Both the position numbers and the translations under genes were made by a program. DNA of 64,000 nt from Candidatus Marinacidobacterales bacterium (GTDB lineage Bacteria > Acidobacteriota > Vicinamibacteria > Marinacidobacterales > SMYC01). Below the pieces are notes generated by a model. It ran no database searches and was not told where the DNA came from. It saw nothing but the letters and a program-made list of their open reading frames with translations. The stretch covers positions 640,001 through 704,000 of the forward strand of contig CBDCYI010000004.1 of assembly GCA_965224085.1 (NCBI GenBank). Reading direction: 5' to 3'. Shown in pieces: positions 38,806 to 48,786 of this stretch. Within the stretch, counting starts at the first letter, position 1. Each line of letters begins with the position of its first letter.

Positions 38806-40056
38806 TCAATTCAGGCGGATTTTTCGGTAGTCTTCCCACGCGGCGGTATCGGACAAGATGACCTCATCTCCTTCGTTCAGCCCGGCGACGATCTCGATCG
38901 TATTGACCGAGCTCTTCCCCAGAATTACGTCGACACGCTCCGCGGTTCCGTCGCCGATAAGCCGGAACAGACCAATCGTCGTCCCCGCTTGGCCATAGGC
39001 CGGACGGCCCACGTAGAGAACGTCCTCGAGACGTTCGATCTCGACGGTGCCGTCGACGCTCAGGTCCGGGCGCGCGCCCTTGGGAAGTTCGGAGACCAGC
39101 TCCACGTCCACCGTGACGGTCCCCTCCTGAACTGCTGGATCGATGCGGATGACCCGGCCCTCGATGATCCCGTTCCTCGTGTCGATGCTCGCGCGTTGCC
39201 CGATCTCGACATCTTTGGCTTGTGTTTCCGCGATCCGCAGCTCGGCTTTCAAGTGCTCGGGCTGCGCGACGCGCGCGAGGTTCAAGCCAGGCGTGACTTG
39301 CTGGCCAGCTTCGACCGGTACTTGCTGAAGGACGCCGCGGATACCCGGTCGCACTTCGAGCCCGTCGACCTGACTCTTGCGAAGCGCATAGAGAGCGCTG
39401 AGCTGCTGGACGCGTGAAGCTTCGGCCGCGAGACGGGCCTCGTTCGATTCCATCGCGATCGCGAGCCGCTTTTGCTCGAGCCCGTTCCGCACCTCGAGCT
39501 CGGTCGCGCGCTCGGCGGAGAATTTGAGCGCGAGATCTCCGATGATGCCTTCGTCATGGATTTCGGTATCGGCTTCGAGCTGTAAGACGGCGGTGCGGTA
39601 CTCGGCCTGCACCGAGGCCGCGAGGGCTCGTTGGTTCAAAAGCTGGCTTTCGAGCCGAACTTGCAGGTCCTCGTAGCTCGCGTCCGCGGCGCGCAGCTGG
39701 AGCCGCGCGGCTTCGAGCGACTGTACGAGCTCCGGATTCGCCATCTCCAGTATGACCGTGTCTGCTTCCACGTCCGTGCCCGGAAGCACGAGCACGCGCT
39801 CGACACGGCCGTCGGTGCGCGCGGCGAGCCATCGGATCTCGACGGGAACGAGCGTTCCGGGCCCGCGCACTTGACGAAGCATCGAGCCCTTCGCGACTCT
39901 ATCCATCCAGACGGTCGAGCGATCGACCGAGGGCGCCGCCGGCTCGAGCTGGGCGACCCAAGCAGCGAGCGCGAGAAACACCACCCCCCCGACGATATAC
40001 ATAATCGTCTGCTTGCGTTTGCGAGCCTCAGCGACTCCTTCGCGCTTGACGTCCAT
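38806..40056 (-). CDS. HlyD/RND periplasmic adaptor subunit
   Basis: N-terminal TM, VRGPGTLVP, coiled coil, IDPAVQEGTV, GLNEGDEVILSD. Confidence 0.88.
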   Translation of the reverse strand: MDVKREGVAEARKRKQTIMYIVGGVVFLALAAWVAQLEPAAPSVDRSTVWMDRVAKGSMLRQVRGPGTLVPVEIRWLAARTDGRVERVLVLPGTDVEADTVILEMANPELVQSLEAARLQLRAADASYEDLQVRLESQLLNQRALAASVQAEYRTAVLQLEADTEIHDEGIIGDLALKFSAERATELEVRNGLEQKRLAIAMESNEARLAAEASRVQQLSALYALRKSQVDGLEVRPGIRGVLQQVPVEAGQQVTPGLNLARVAQPEHLKAELRIAETQAKDVEIGQRASIDTRNGIIEGRVIRIDPAVQEGTVTVDVELVSELPKGARPDLSVDGTVEIERLEDVLYVGRPAYGQAGTTIGLFRLIGDGTAERVDVILGKSSVNTIEIVAGLNEGDEVILSDTAAWEDYRKIRLN

Positions 40057-40060
40057 CTTT

Positions 40061-40094
40061 AATGAGCTCCGATCTCCAATGAGCTCCGATCTCC
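40061..40094 (+). repeat. 17-bp tandem duplication in the adaptor gene leader
   Basis: AATGAGCTCCGATCTCC x2. Confidence 0.9.
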
Positions 40095-40115
40095 GAGTTC
40101 AAGCTATCACGCAGC

Positions 40116-40130
40116 GCAAGTTGTGTGCCA
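40116..40130 (-). promoter_or_regulatory. Sigma-54 -24/-12 promoter
   Basis: Minus strand reads TGGCAC-ACAAC-TTGC, 60 nt upstream of the adaptor gene, in an operon encoding a sigma-54 activator. Confidence 0.8.
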
Positions 40131-40204
40131 ATCGGTGCCAACTTCGTATCTGTCTAATTATTAATCACTAATGCGATCCCGTCCCGTTTGGCAGCCTGGA
40201 TCGA

Positions 40205-40220
40205 TGTCCGTTTTCGAACA
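40205..40220. promoter_or_regulatory. Candidate enhancer (UAS) for the sigma-54 activator
   Basis: Imperfect palindrome TGTCCG-TTTT-CGAACA about 80 nt upstream of the -24 element, with an AT-rich tract between. Confidence 0.55.
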
Positions 40221-40240
40221 CCTATGCGCTCGCTTTCACT

Positions 40241-42184
40241 TCACCATACGAGAGGCGGCACCCAGATGTTTGGTGGAAAAGGAGGCGGAGGGGTCGCGTT
40301 CAGAAGCGTCGCGGGCGGAACGAGACTGCGACCGGGAAGATCCGCGGAGCGTTCTAGTTCTAGCAAATCCAGGACCGTGGGCACGACGTCGATCGAACGG
40401 ACCTTGCCGAAATTCGTTCCCGACGGGATGCGCGGCCCCCACGCGGCGCAGATGGCGAGCATATTGCGCCGTGTCGGGACGAAAACATGGTTGCCGCGCG
40501 GCTCGGTCGACTCGACCACCGCATCCCCGCGTGTTCCCGTCGAAGGATAGTAACCGGGAAGATAGTCCAGAAAGAGATCTCCGGTCGACGCGCCTCCGGG
40601 CTGCAGGAGTCCGCTGGTTGCGGGATCGTAGAACGCGGTGACGATGGGTTCCCCCGTTTCCGGATCCTGCAGCGCGCCGAGCGCGCGGCGCACCTCCCGT
40701 AACACCTCCTCCCTTTCTTCTGGTCGCACGATGCCTCCGGCCCGTCCCGTCAAGTTGACCGCAATCGAGCCGTCGGCGAGCGACGGCGCCAGCGCACGGG
40801 TCGCGGACAAATCGATCGAGCCGTCGGCCTGAAGCGCCAGAAGCCCGGCTTGTGCAAGGGCCACGTTCAAATGCAGCAGACGATCCGTTCCCGCCATCCC
40901 GTGATCGCTCACGACGACGACGTGCGCGTCGTCCCGTTCGGCCGCGTCCATCAAAACGCCGAGAAACGTGTCCTGGAGCTCGAAGCCTTGGACGATAAAC
41001 GGCCAGAGCCGCGCGGCGACCGCTTCATCGTGGCCTTTGAGCGTCGGATCGAGATAGCCGACGAGCTCGTGATTCACGTCGTCGGTCACGGGGCTATAGA
41101 GCACGACGAGGTCGTAATCCTCTTCGAGGGCCACCTTGGCTTGCGCGATGATTTGGCTTTGAAGATGCGCGAGCGTCTCGAGAAGGCGCACTTCGGCAAG
41201 ACCATCGCCAGAATCCGCAAGTCTCGGCCCGAGCCCACCTCGCGAGTACGGCCACGTCGCGCCGTTTCCCGCGTAGACTTGCATCACCGGAAGATCGGCA
41301 CGCGGCATCTCGCGGTTCGAGACGGCCATTTCGGCCGCGCCCGATCGATACAGGAGAAAGTGTCGTCCATCTGCAGATAGATCAAAAATGCGGAGCGAGA
41401 ACCAGATGGACTTCCCCTCCGCCGTCGCTTCGATCGGCGTCGAGAAACCACGACCCGGTTTGACGCGTGCTTCGAACACCGTCGCTGCCGTCGCGCTCAC
41501 GATCCCGAGCGTGTCCCAGCCCGAAACGGGGTCGAGTGGATCGTCGAAGAAGAGTCCCCAGAACGGCGTCTCTCCCACCTCGAAGCGAAACGCCCGGGCT
41601 TCGCTTCCCCAAGCTTCTGGCACGGCCCAACCCGCCGGCGCTTCGAGACGCACGGAGGCTTCGTCAAAGCTCTCACCGCGCGACTGGATTTCGGTATAGC
41701 CGTGGATAAGGAAAAGGTGCTCGAGCTCGATCGGGCTCAACCGCGCCCGCGCATGGTCGAAGGGATAGGCTTGGGTCGCGTGCATCGCGTAAGTGTCGAG
41801 GCCGTGGCGCGCCGCAAGGATCCAAACGGGATCGACGCGGAGCGCGTTCGAGAAATATCCGTTCTCCGTCACCGTGCGGTCGTGCTCGGACTCCGGCAGC
41901 GAAAGGAGCCTATTGGCTGTAATCCCGCTCCGATGTCCGTAGTGGCCGGTGAAGAGAACGGCGTGCGCGGCAGCTGTTTTGGTCGGAAAGCTCGACACCA
42001 TTCCGTCGGACCAAGCGCCCTCGCGCAGCATCCGCTGCAAGTTCGGGAGCCGCCCTTCCGCCAGTAGCTTCGACGTCATGTCGTAGCCGGCGCCGTCCCA
42101 CGACACAAGAATCACGCGGGGAGCCGCGGTCGAGGGCACGCTGAAGGGGAGCATGGCGAGCACGAATGTGAAGCGGAGGAACAT
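40241..42184 (-). CDS. Alkaline phosphatase superfamily nucleotide pyrophosphatase/phosphodiesterase
   Basis: LVSWDG, FPTKTAAAH, TDDVNH, VSDHGM, GNH. Confidence 0.85.
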   Translation of the reverse strand: MFLRFTFVLAMLPFSVPSTAAPRVILVSWDGAGYDMTSKLLAEGRLPNLQRMLREGAWSDGMVSSFPTKTAAAHAVLFTGHYGHRSGITANRLLSLPESEHDRTVTENGYFSNALRVDPVWILAARHGLDTYAMHATQAYPFDHARARLSPIELEHLFLIHGYTEIQSRGESFDEASVRLEAPAGWAVPEAWGSEARAFRFEVGETPFWGLFFDDPLDPVSGWDTLGIVSATAATVFEARVKPGRGFSTPIEATAEGKSIWFSLRIFDLSADGRHFLLYRSGAAEMAVSNREMPRADLPVMQVYAGNGATWPYSRGGLGPRLADSGDGLAEVRLLETLAHLQSQIIAQAKVALEEDYDLVVLYSPVTDDVNHELVGYLDPTLKGHDEAVAARLWPFIVQGFELQDTFLGVLMDAAERDDAHVVVVSDHGMAGTDRLLHLNVALAQAGLLALQADGSIDLSATRALAPSLADGSIAVNLTGRAGGIVRPEEREEVLREVRRALGALQDPETGEPIVTAFYDPATSGLLQPGGASTGDLFLDYLPGYYPSTGTRGDAVVESTEPRGNHVFVPTRRNMLAICAAWGPRIPSGTNFGKVRSIDVVPTVLDLLELERSADLPGRSLVPPATLLNATPPPPFPPNIWVPPLVW

Positions 42185-42304
42185 AGGCTGCGGGATTCTA
42201 CTGCGAATGCTCGTGGATGCGCTCTCGAATGGCGGCGTTGAACGAAAGCCCCAGGAAGCGGTCGAGAGGCTCGGCCTCGTGCATGCGGGCGTGAAAATGC
42301 ACCG

Positions 42305-43038
42305 TTATTGCGACGACGGCGCGGCCCTCGATAAGTACTGCTTCCACCACTCAAACTCGTGATGGTAGCGATGGACCATATTCCATGGAGACCAACCCCC
42401 ATGATAGGAGTCGGGGTAGCGGATGAACTTGGCCGCAACGCGCCGCTTCTTGAGAGCCGTGTACATCTGCTCTCCTTGCTCGATGGGAACACGGTAGTCG
42501 CTCTCACCGTGGACGAAAAGAGTGGGCGTCGCCGCATGTTGCACGTAGTAGATGGGAGACTGCCTCAGTAGTAGCGTCCCGCCCGTGTCTTCCCAAGGCG
42601 GCCCGAAGAACTCGCTCTCTTTCGTTCGCGGGATGTCTGCCGTTCCATAGTCGCTTACCCAGTTCGAGATGCCGGCGCCGACGATGGCCGCCGCGAAACG
42701 GGTGTCATGGGTGATGACCCAATTCGTCAAGAAGCCGCCATACGAGTAGCCGGTGACACCCATACGCGTCTCGTCGATCGGGTAGTGGGCGCGCACATAG
42801 TCGACGCCGGCAAGCACGTCTTCGGAATCGAGATCCCCCCAACCGCCGCCCCAAGTTGCGTAGCGAAACTCTTCCGCGCGTTGTCGGCTTCGTCGATGTA
42901 GTGCCGCGAGACCGCGCGGCTAATCGACGGCTCATCGGCGCTGTTAATGAGGTAGTAGTCGCGGAGCTCCAGCGCATCCCGCGCTTCTGCCGCAGCCGCA
43001 ACCATGATGCATAGACTTAAGGCCTTTCGCATGAACAT
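42305..43038 (-). pseudogene. S9 peptidase with propeller domain deleted
   Basis: Signal peptide and DEPSIS N-terminus joined out of frame to the catalytic tail: TGYSYGG, HGESDYRVP, YPDSYH. Confidence 0.8.
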
Positions 43039-43042
43039 CGCA

Positions 43043-43846
43043 CTACACCTCGAGATAGGGTTTGTCCCCGAACATCTGCGTGCGTTTCAAGATGCGGCGC
43101 GCGTTGGCATCGAAGGGCTCGCGCCGGTGCATCGTGCAGCGGTTGTCCCAGATCACGAGATCCCCCGGCTGCCACTTGTGGGTCCAGACGAACTCGGGAC
43201 GGGTCACGTGACGGAGCAAGGCGTCGAGAAGCTTCGAGCTTTCTTCGGCCAAAACACCCTCGATGGAGCGCGTAAACTGCGGATTCACGTACGTCGCGCG
43301 ACGCCCGGTCTCGGGATGGGTTCGGATGACTGGGTGCAGCGCCGGCACTTCAGGATTCTGCGCCTCTTCTTCGTGTCGATGGACGGCACGTAGCTCGAGG
43401 GCTCGGTCCCGAAGACTGGGGACAAGCGCGTCGTAAGCCGCATAGCCGTTCGCCCACTGAGTGTCGCCGCCTTCCCGCGGCACCTCCAAAGCGTAGACGA
43501 TGGAGAAAGAGCCCGGACGATCGAGATAAGAAAGATCGGAGTGGAACGTGAGCTCACCACTACCGAGGGCACCCAGTGGCTTTCCGTCCTCTGTCACATT
43601 CGAAATGATGAAGATCTCTTCAACGGCCCGTTTCTCTTGCTCACGAACATGACGCTCCGGCTTTCCGAAATAGCGGCTGAAGCGCACTTGCTCTTCCTCG
43701 CTCAGAGATTGTTCGCGAAAAAAAAGCACGAGGTGCTCGAGGATCGCCTCGCGGAGCGCCGCGACGACGGGGTCTTCGAGCGGCCGGCTCGTGTCCACAT
43801 TCCGAACCTCGACGCCGAGAGCGCCGCCGGTCGGAGCGATATGCAT
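43043..43846 (-). CDS. TauD/TfdA Fe(II)/2-oxoglutarate dioxygenase
   Basis: FHSD, GGDTQWAN, HPVIRTHPETGR, WDNRCTMHRR. Confidence 0.9.
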   Translation of the reverse strand: MHIAPTGGALGVEVRNVDTSRPLEDPVVAALREAILEHLVLFFREQSLSEEEQVRFSRYFGKPERHVREQEKRAVEEIFIISNVTEDGKPLGALGSGELTFHSDLSYLDRPGSFSIVYALEVPREGGDTQWANGYAAYDALVPSLRDRALELRAVHRHEEEAQNPEVPALHPVIRTHPETGRRATYVNPQFTRSIEGVLAEESSKLLDALLRHVTRPEFVWTHKWQPGDLVIWDNRCTMHRREPFDANARRILKRTQMFGDKPYLEV

Positions 43847-43932
43847 CGTTCGTAGGTTATAATACTCAAAAGTCGACATGACAAGGGCTTAGCCCTTGGC
43901 ACCTTTTTGCGACCCGAGTTTGGAGTACGTCC

Positions 43933-44943
43933 GTGTGGATCCTAGAGCTCTTCCTTGTCGCCACGGTTGCGACGGCCGCACCTTCGGTGACGCCCCCACC
44001 GCCCCTAAGGCCTCTAGAAAAAGATTCGGTAAACGTCTTCATTGACGAAATGGCGGCGAAGCACGGGTTCGACCGCAGGGAGCTCGAACGCGCCTTCGGC
44101 CGGATTCGATCGAGTGCGAGGATCGTCGAACTTATGAACCGACAGGCGAAGCGCAAGCACTGGCAGGACTATCGGGCGCTCTTCGTCAACCGCGAAAAAA
44201 TCACACACGGTTTCCGGTTTTGGCGGAACAACGCGGACAAGCTCGCCGAAGCGCAGGAGAAATACGGCGTCCCTGAAGAGGTCATCATCGCGGTCATCGG
44301 CGTCGAGACGCATTACGGAAGAAATACTGGGGGGTTCAGAGTCCTCGAAGCGCTTGCCACGCTCGCCTTCGACTATCCGAAGCGATCCAAGATGTTTCGC
44401 CTCGAGCTCGAGCACTATCTTTTGCTGGCGCGCGAGGAGACGATGGGCCTTGCTACGCCGCGCGGCTCCTACGCGGGCGCTATGGGGATTGCACAGTTCA
44501 TGCCCGGGAGCTATCGGCGCTACGCGATCGATTTCGACGGCGACGGCAAGCGCGACCTGTTCGAGAACAATTCGGACGCCATCGGGAGCGTCGCGAACTA
44601 CTTGACGGCGCATGGCTGGCAACGAGGCGAGCCGGTCGCAATCCCCGCCAGTGTCGAAAGCGCGGCAGCCGCGTCATTTGAAGCGTCGAAGCTCTCGACG
44701 CGCGTGCGCCTCGAAGAGCTCAAGAATCGAGGCGTCACCGTGTCAGGCGTCTATCCGGGCGAGAAGGAAGCGATTCCCCTTGCGCTGCACAACCGCGACG
44801 GCCGGGAATATTGGCTCGGCTTCGACAACTTCTACGTGATCACCCGCTACAACAACAGCGTGTATTACGCGATGGCGGTCTACCAACTCAGTTGCGAGCT
44901 CCGAAAACAACACGACGCCCAGGCCGCCGCCGGCGACCGCTAG
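43933..44943 (+). CDS. mltB: Lytic murein transglycosylase B
   Basis: IGVETHYG, GSYAGAMGIAQFMP, DFDGDGKRDL, NFYVITRYNNSVYYAM. Confidence 0.92.
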   Translation: MWILELFLVATVATAAPSVTPPPPLRPLEKDSVNVFIDEMAAKHGFDRRELERAFGRIRSSARIVELMNRQAKRKHWQDYRALFVNREKITHGFRFWRNNADKLAEAQEKYGVPEEVIIAVIGVETHYGRNTGGFRVLEALATLAFDYPKRSKMFRLELEHYLLLAREETMGLATPRGSYAGAMGIAQFMPGSYRRYAIDFDGDGKRDLFENNSDAIGSVANYLTAHGWQRGEPVAIPASVESAAAASFEASKLSTRVRLEELKNRGVTVSGVYPGEKEAIPLALHNRDGREYWLGFDNFYVITRYNNSVYYAMAVYQLSCELRKQHDAQAAAGDR

Positions 44944-45029
44944 CGGGGCGCGTCCGCTCCACGACTGGCTCTGTCTGATGAGAAACGGGTAAATCGGGAA
45001 CGAATCCGAAGATTCTCAGGATTCCGTGG

Positions 45030-45260
45030 AGTTTTACACAAGAGAAGTTGCGTGTCGTGTGATGGACCCAAAGTTGCCAATCTTGTATTTCTGTGAGCAA
45101 GCTCTCCGCCACCTTACAAACAAGCCACAATGGAGCCCGTCACCCAAAAAAAACGCTGCTCAACAAGTGTGCATAGTGTTACTGGACCTTGAATAGCGCG
45201 GTCTCGAAGGCTCGCCCCCACAGTTTTTCCACAAAGTTATCCACAGAAAGTGTGGGAGTT
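45030..45260. promoter_or_regulatory. DnaA-box cluster
   Basis: TTATCCACA 45237-45245, TTTTCCACA 45225-45233, TTTTACACA 45032-45040, TGTGCATAG 45168-45176, in a lower-GC ~470-bp intergenic region. Confidence 0.6.
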
Positions 45261-45417
45261 CAGAAACGGTGTATCGGGGGCGCCAATCACCGCGGGCAGC
45301 TCGCTTGCCCAGATGGGTGGGGCACAGCCAAGAGTACCGCCGCGAATGCTAGAGCGCGCATGCGAGACATGATACGATCCCCGCCGTTTTCAAGGAAACT
45401 CGGGAGCCGCATTCGAA

Positions 45418-45807
45418 GTGTTCACATCCGAAGCAACCACCCACGACATCCGGGTGCGCGTAGTTTCTCGCTACTCCCGCGAGAACTCGCAGCCGGACCA
45501 AAACCGCTGGTTCTTTCTCTACACTGTAGAGATCACGAACGAAGGTTCGCGTAGCGTCCGGCTCGTGAGCCGCCACTGGATCATCGAGAATGCCGACAAA
45601 GTGGTCAAGGAAGTGCGAGGGCCCGGCGTCGTCGGCGAGCAACCCACCCTCGCACCCGGCGAGTCTTTCGAGTACTCGTCCGGCTGCCCCCTTGCGACGC
45701 CCTTCGGGTCGATGCGGGGCACCTATCAGATGACCGGAGAGGACGGCACCGAGTTCGACGTGGAGATCGCACCGTTTACCCTCAGTGAGCCCTATACCGT
45801 TCATTAA
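45418..45807 (+). CDS. apaG: ApaG domain protein
   Basis: YTVEITN, LVSRHWII, VRGPGVVGEQP, FEYSSG, GSMRGTY. Confidence 0.95.
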   Translation: MFTSEATTHDIRVRVVSRYSRENSQPDQNRWFFLYTVEITNEGSRSVRLVSRHWIIENADKVVKEVRGPGVVGEQPTLAPGESFEYSSGCPLATPFGSMRGTYQMTGEDGTEFDVEIAPFTLSEPYTVH

Positions 45808-45852
45808 CGTGAGTCGTGCTCGTCCCCCACTTCCCTGCCCGTTCGAGGACTC

Positions 45853-46671
45853 GTGCGCAAAAGAATCAAAACGAAGCTGACGGCGAAAAACGCGGACAAG
45901 CACGTCCTGTACCAGCAAAGCGTGCAAGCACCAGAGGACGACGCGCAGTTCTTCGCGCGCTTTTACAAGAAGTACACCGGAGAGCCGCTGCGCGTCTTCC
46001 GTGAAGATTTCTGCGGTACGGCCATCCTGTCCTGCGAGCTCGTCAAGCTCAACAAGAAAAACCACGCCATCGGTGTCGACTTCCACGGGCCGACGCTCGA
46101 CTGGGCACGCAAGCACAACGTCAGCAAGCTCGACAAAGAGCAGCAGAAACGTTTGAGCTTGGTGCAAGCTAACGTGCTAGACGTGCGCGAGCCGAAGGCG
46201 GATTTGCTCGCGGGTTTGAACTTCAGCTTCGCCGTCTTCAAGACGCGCCAAGACATGCGCGCCTACATCAACAACGCGTTTCGAGCGATCAAACCCGGCG
46301 GGCTCTTTATCCTCGACAACTGGGGCGGCGGCCAGGCGCAGTTTGTGATGAAAGAGAAAAAGCGCCAAAAAGGTTTCACCTATGTGTGGGATCAAGCGGA
46401 TTTCGACCCGGTAACCAACCACATCCTCTGCAAGATCCACTTCGAGTTCCGGAACGGCTCGCGCATGAAGAACGCTTTCGTCTACGATTGGCGTTTGTGG
46501 ACCCTCATGGAGCTCCGGGAGCTGATGGACGAAGCCGGCTTCGAGGACACCCACGTATTGTGGGAAGGCACCGACCGCGAGACCGGCGAGGGCAACAGCG
46601 TGTTTCGGCGTGTCGAGCGTGGCGGAGACGAGGAAGCTTGGATTGCGTATATTGTGGCGCGGAGGCCGTAG
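45853..46671 (+). CDS. Class I SAM-dependent methyltransferase
   Basis: REDFCGT motif I, AIGVD, IKPGGLFILD, ELMDEAGF. Confidence 0.8.
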   Translation: MRKRIKTKLTAKNADKHVLYQQSVQAPEDDAQFFARFYKKYTGEPLRVFREDFCGTAILSCELVKLNKKNHAIGVDFHGPTLDWARKHNVSKLDKEQQKRLSLVQANVLDVREPKADLLAGLNFSFAVFKTRQDMRAYINNAFRAIKPGGLFILDNWGGGQAQFVMKEKKRQKGFTYVWDQADFDPVTNHILCKIHFEFRNGSRMKNAFVYDWRLWTLMELRELMDEAGFEDTHVLWEGTDRETGEGNSVFRRVERGGDEEAWIAYIVARRP

Positions 46672-46785
46672 CTCCCGCCATGCCAACAGTGCTACCTGCT
46701 ATCAGCCATCGGCTACCCCACAATTGGGACGTGTATCGGGAGAGGTCAAAAGCAGGGAGCCTATAGCCGGGAGCAGGGAGCAGGT

Positions 46786-47682
46786 ATGCTGAACGGTGGT
46801 TACTCGTATTCAGAGCGGGTCGGAGCTCGGGCGGTGGGGCGGACGGTTCTCGGCTACCTTTCGGAAAGATACTCGCATTCTGGCGAGAGCACGTGGGCAC
46901 GGCATATTAAGGACGGACGGGTTCGTTTGGGCGGCGAACCGGTCGCGTCCGCTCGGCGGCTCGAGCTCGGTGAGCTTCTGACTTGGAATCGACCACCCTG
47001 GATTGAGCCCGAAGCGCCATCGGGCTTTGCTGTGCTCTATCGCGACCCTGACTTGCTCGCGGTTGCGAAGCCGCGCGGGCTTGCCGCGATGCCGGGCGGC
47101 GGCTTCTTGGAGCGGACCCTCCTTCGCCGCGTGCAGGCTTTCGACCCGCTCGCCTCACCGCTGCATCGGCTCGGACGCGGGACCTCGGGCATCACCCTTT
47201 TCACGCGACACAAGAGTGCGAGACGGGTGCTGGTCGATGCGTGGCAGCGGGGCGCGGTCGAGCGCGACTACGTGGGGCTCGCGACCGGTCACTTTCCCGC
47301 GGGCACCACCCGCATCGACGCCCCGCTCGGCCCTGTCCCGCACCAGCGCCTCGGAAGCGTCACCTCTGTGCATCCGAACGGCAAACCATCCATAAGCCAC
47401 GTCACGCTCATCGAGCGACGCCCGTCGACATCGCTCGTCGCCATCCGCATCGAAACGGGGCGAGCGCATCAGATCCGCATTCATCTCGCGGCAGCAGGCT
47501 TTCCACTCGCAGGTGACCCGCTCTACCCGCCCGGCGGCATCCCTCCGGAAGATGCGCGTGCCTTGCCCGGAGAGACCGGCTATTTCCTGCACGCAAAGCG
47601 ACTGCGCTTTCCTCATCCAAACTGCGGGCAGAGCGTGACCGTCGATTGTGTGCCTCCTCCTCCCCTGAGAGGTCCAATATGA
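46786..47682 (+). CDS. RluA-family pseudouridine synthase homologue lacking the catalytic Asp
   Basis: S4-like N-terminus, AVAKPRGL, HRLGRGTSG, TGRAHQIRIH, GDPLY, LHA. Confidence 0.85.
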   Translation: MLNGGYSYSERVGARAVGRTVLGYLSERYSHSGESTWARHIKDGRVRLGGEPVASARRLELGELLTWNRPPWIEPEAPSGFAVLYRDPDLLAVAKPRGLAAMPGGGFLERTLLRRVQAFDPLASPLHRLGRGTSGITLFTRHKSARRVLVDAWQRGAVERDYVGLATGHFPAGTTRIDAPLGPVPHQRLGSVTSVHPNGKPSISHVTLIERRPSTSLVAIRIETGRAHQIRIHLAAAGFPLAGDPLYPPGGIPPEDARALPGETGYFLHAKRLRFPHPNCGQSVTVDCVPPPPLRGPI

Positions 47683-47863
47683 CAGACGCCGTCGGCAAGA
47701 GCGGTGCGTCGCTCGGCGGCGTTTGGCACCACTATCTGACCGAAGGCCGCGCGCAGCCGTGGTCGCGCCGAGTCACGGGGATCGTCGCGGAATCGAAGCA
47801 GGCGATCGTCGCACCGCTTCCCGAGCTCTCCGTCCGCTGAGCGACTGAGCGACTTAGACAAAG

Positions 47864-48601
47864 ATGCAGCCTTCGCGAACGGCAGCCGCGCTCATCATCG
47901 GCAACGAGATCCTCGGCGGCAAGATCCGCGAGGCGAACGTCTTCGAGCTCGCGCGCGTTTTGCGCAACAGGGGCGTCGAGCTTGCGCGCGTCGTCGTCAT
48001 TCCCGACACTATCGCGGTCATCGTCGACGAAGTACAGAAGCTCTCGAAAGCCTATGACTACGTGTTCACGAGCGGCGGCGTCGGCCCGACCCACGATGAT
48101 GTAACCATCCCTGCGATCGCGGAAGCCTTCGACGTTCCCGTCGTGCGGGATCCCGACTTCGAGCGCCTGCTCCGCGACTACTACGGCGAGGACGTGACCG
48201 AGAACCATCTGCTTCTCGCGAACGTTCCGGAAGGGGTCAAAAAGCTCCGCATTGCACGAACGCCTTGGCCTTTGACAGTTCTCGACAACGTTTGGATCAT
48301 GCCGGGGATTCCCGAAGTTTTTCGCATGAAGCTCGAGATCGTCCTCGAGCACCTCGAAGCTAGCGCGCCCTTCGTCACTCGCTCGGTGTTCACCAAGCTC
48401 GACGAAGCCGTATTGAAGCCTTTTCTCGACGAGACGGTCTCGCGGCATCCGCAGGTCGCGATCGGCTCCTATCCACGATGGCAAGATCCTAAATACGAAA
48501 CCAAAGTCACATTCGACGGCACGGATAGAGACGCCGTCGAACGCGCTTTCGAGGACTTCCAACACAAGCTCCCCGTTGGCGAGCCCCAATGGACCGAATA
48601 A
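47864..48601 (+). CDS. CinA-like molybdopterin-binding (MoCF_biosynth) domain protein
   Basis: IIGNEILGG, TSGGVGPTHDDVT, MPGIP, IGSYP. Confidence 0.88.
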   Translation: MQPSRTAAALIIGNEILGGKIREANVFELARVLRNRGVELARVVVIPDTIAVIVDEVQKLSKAYDYVFTSGGVGPTHDDVTIPAIAEAFDVPVVRDPDFERLLRDYYGEDVTENHLLLANVPEGVKKLRIARTPWPLTVLDNVWIMPGIPEVFRMKLEIVLEHLEASAPFVTRSVFTKLDEAVLKPFLDETVSRHPQVAIGSYPRWQDPKYETKVTFDGTDRDAVERAFEDFQHKLPVGEPQWTE

Positions 48602-48786
48602 GGGTCCTCACGGCCAGAACCATCCAGGAGATGAACCCGAGCCTCGCGCATGCGGCCTTTACCTTGCGAGCCGATCAAGGCGTCATGGCGAACATCTACC
48701 AACCCGATCGCGGGTGCCGCAACACGCGGCGGGAGAGCTATCGGGGCTGCGAAAGCTAGAGATTTTCTTTTCCCCGGCCATCGTGC

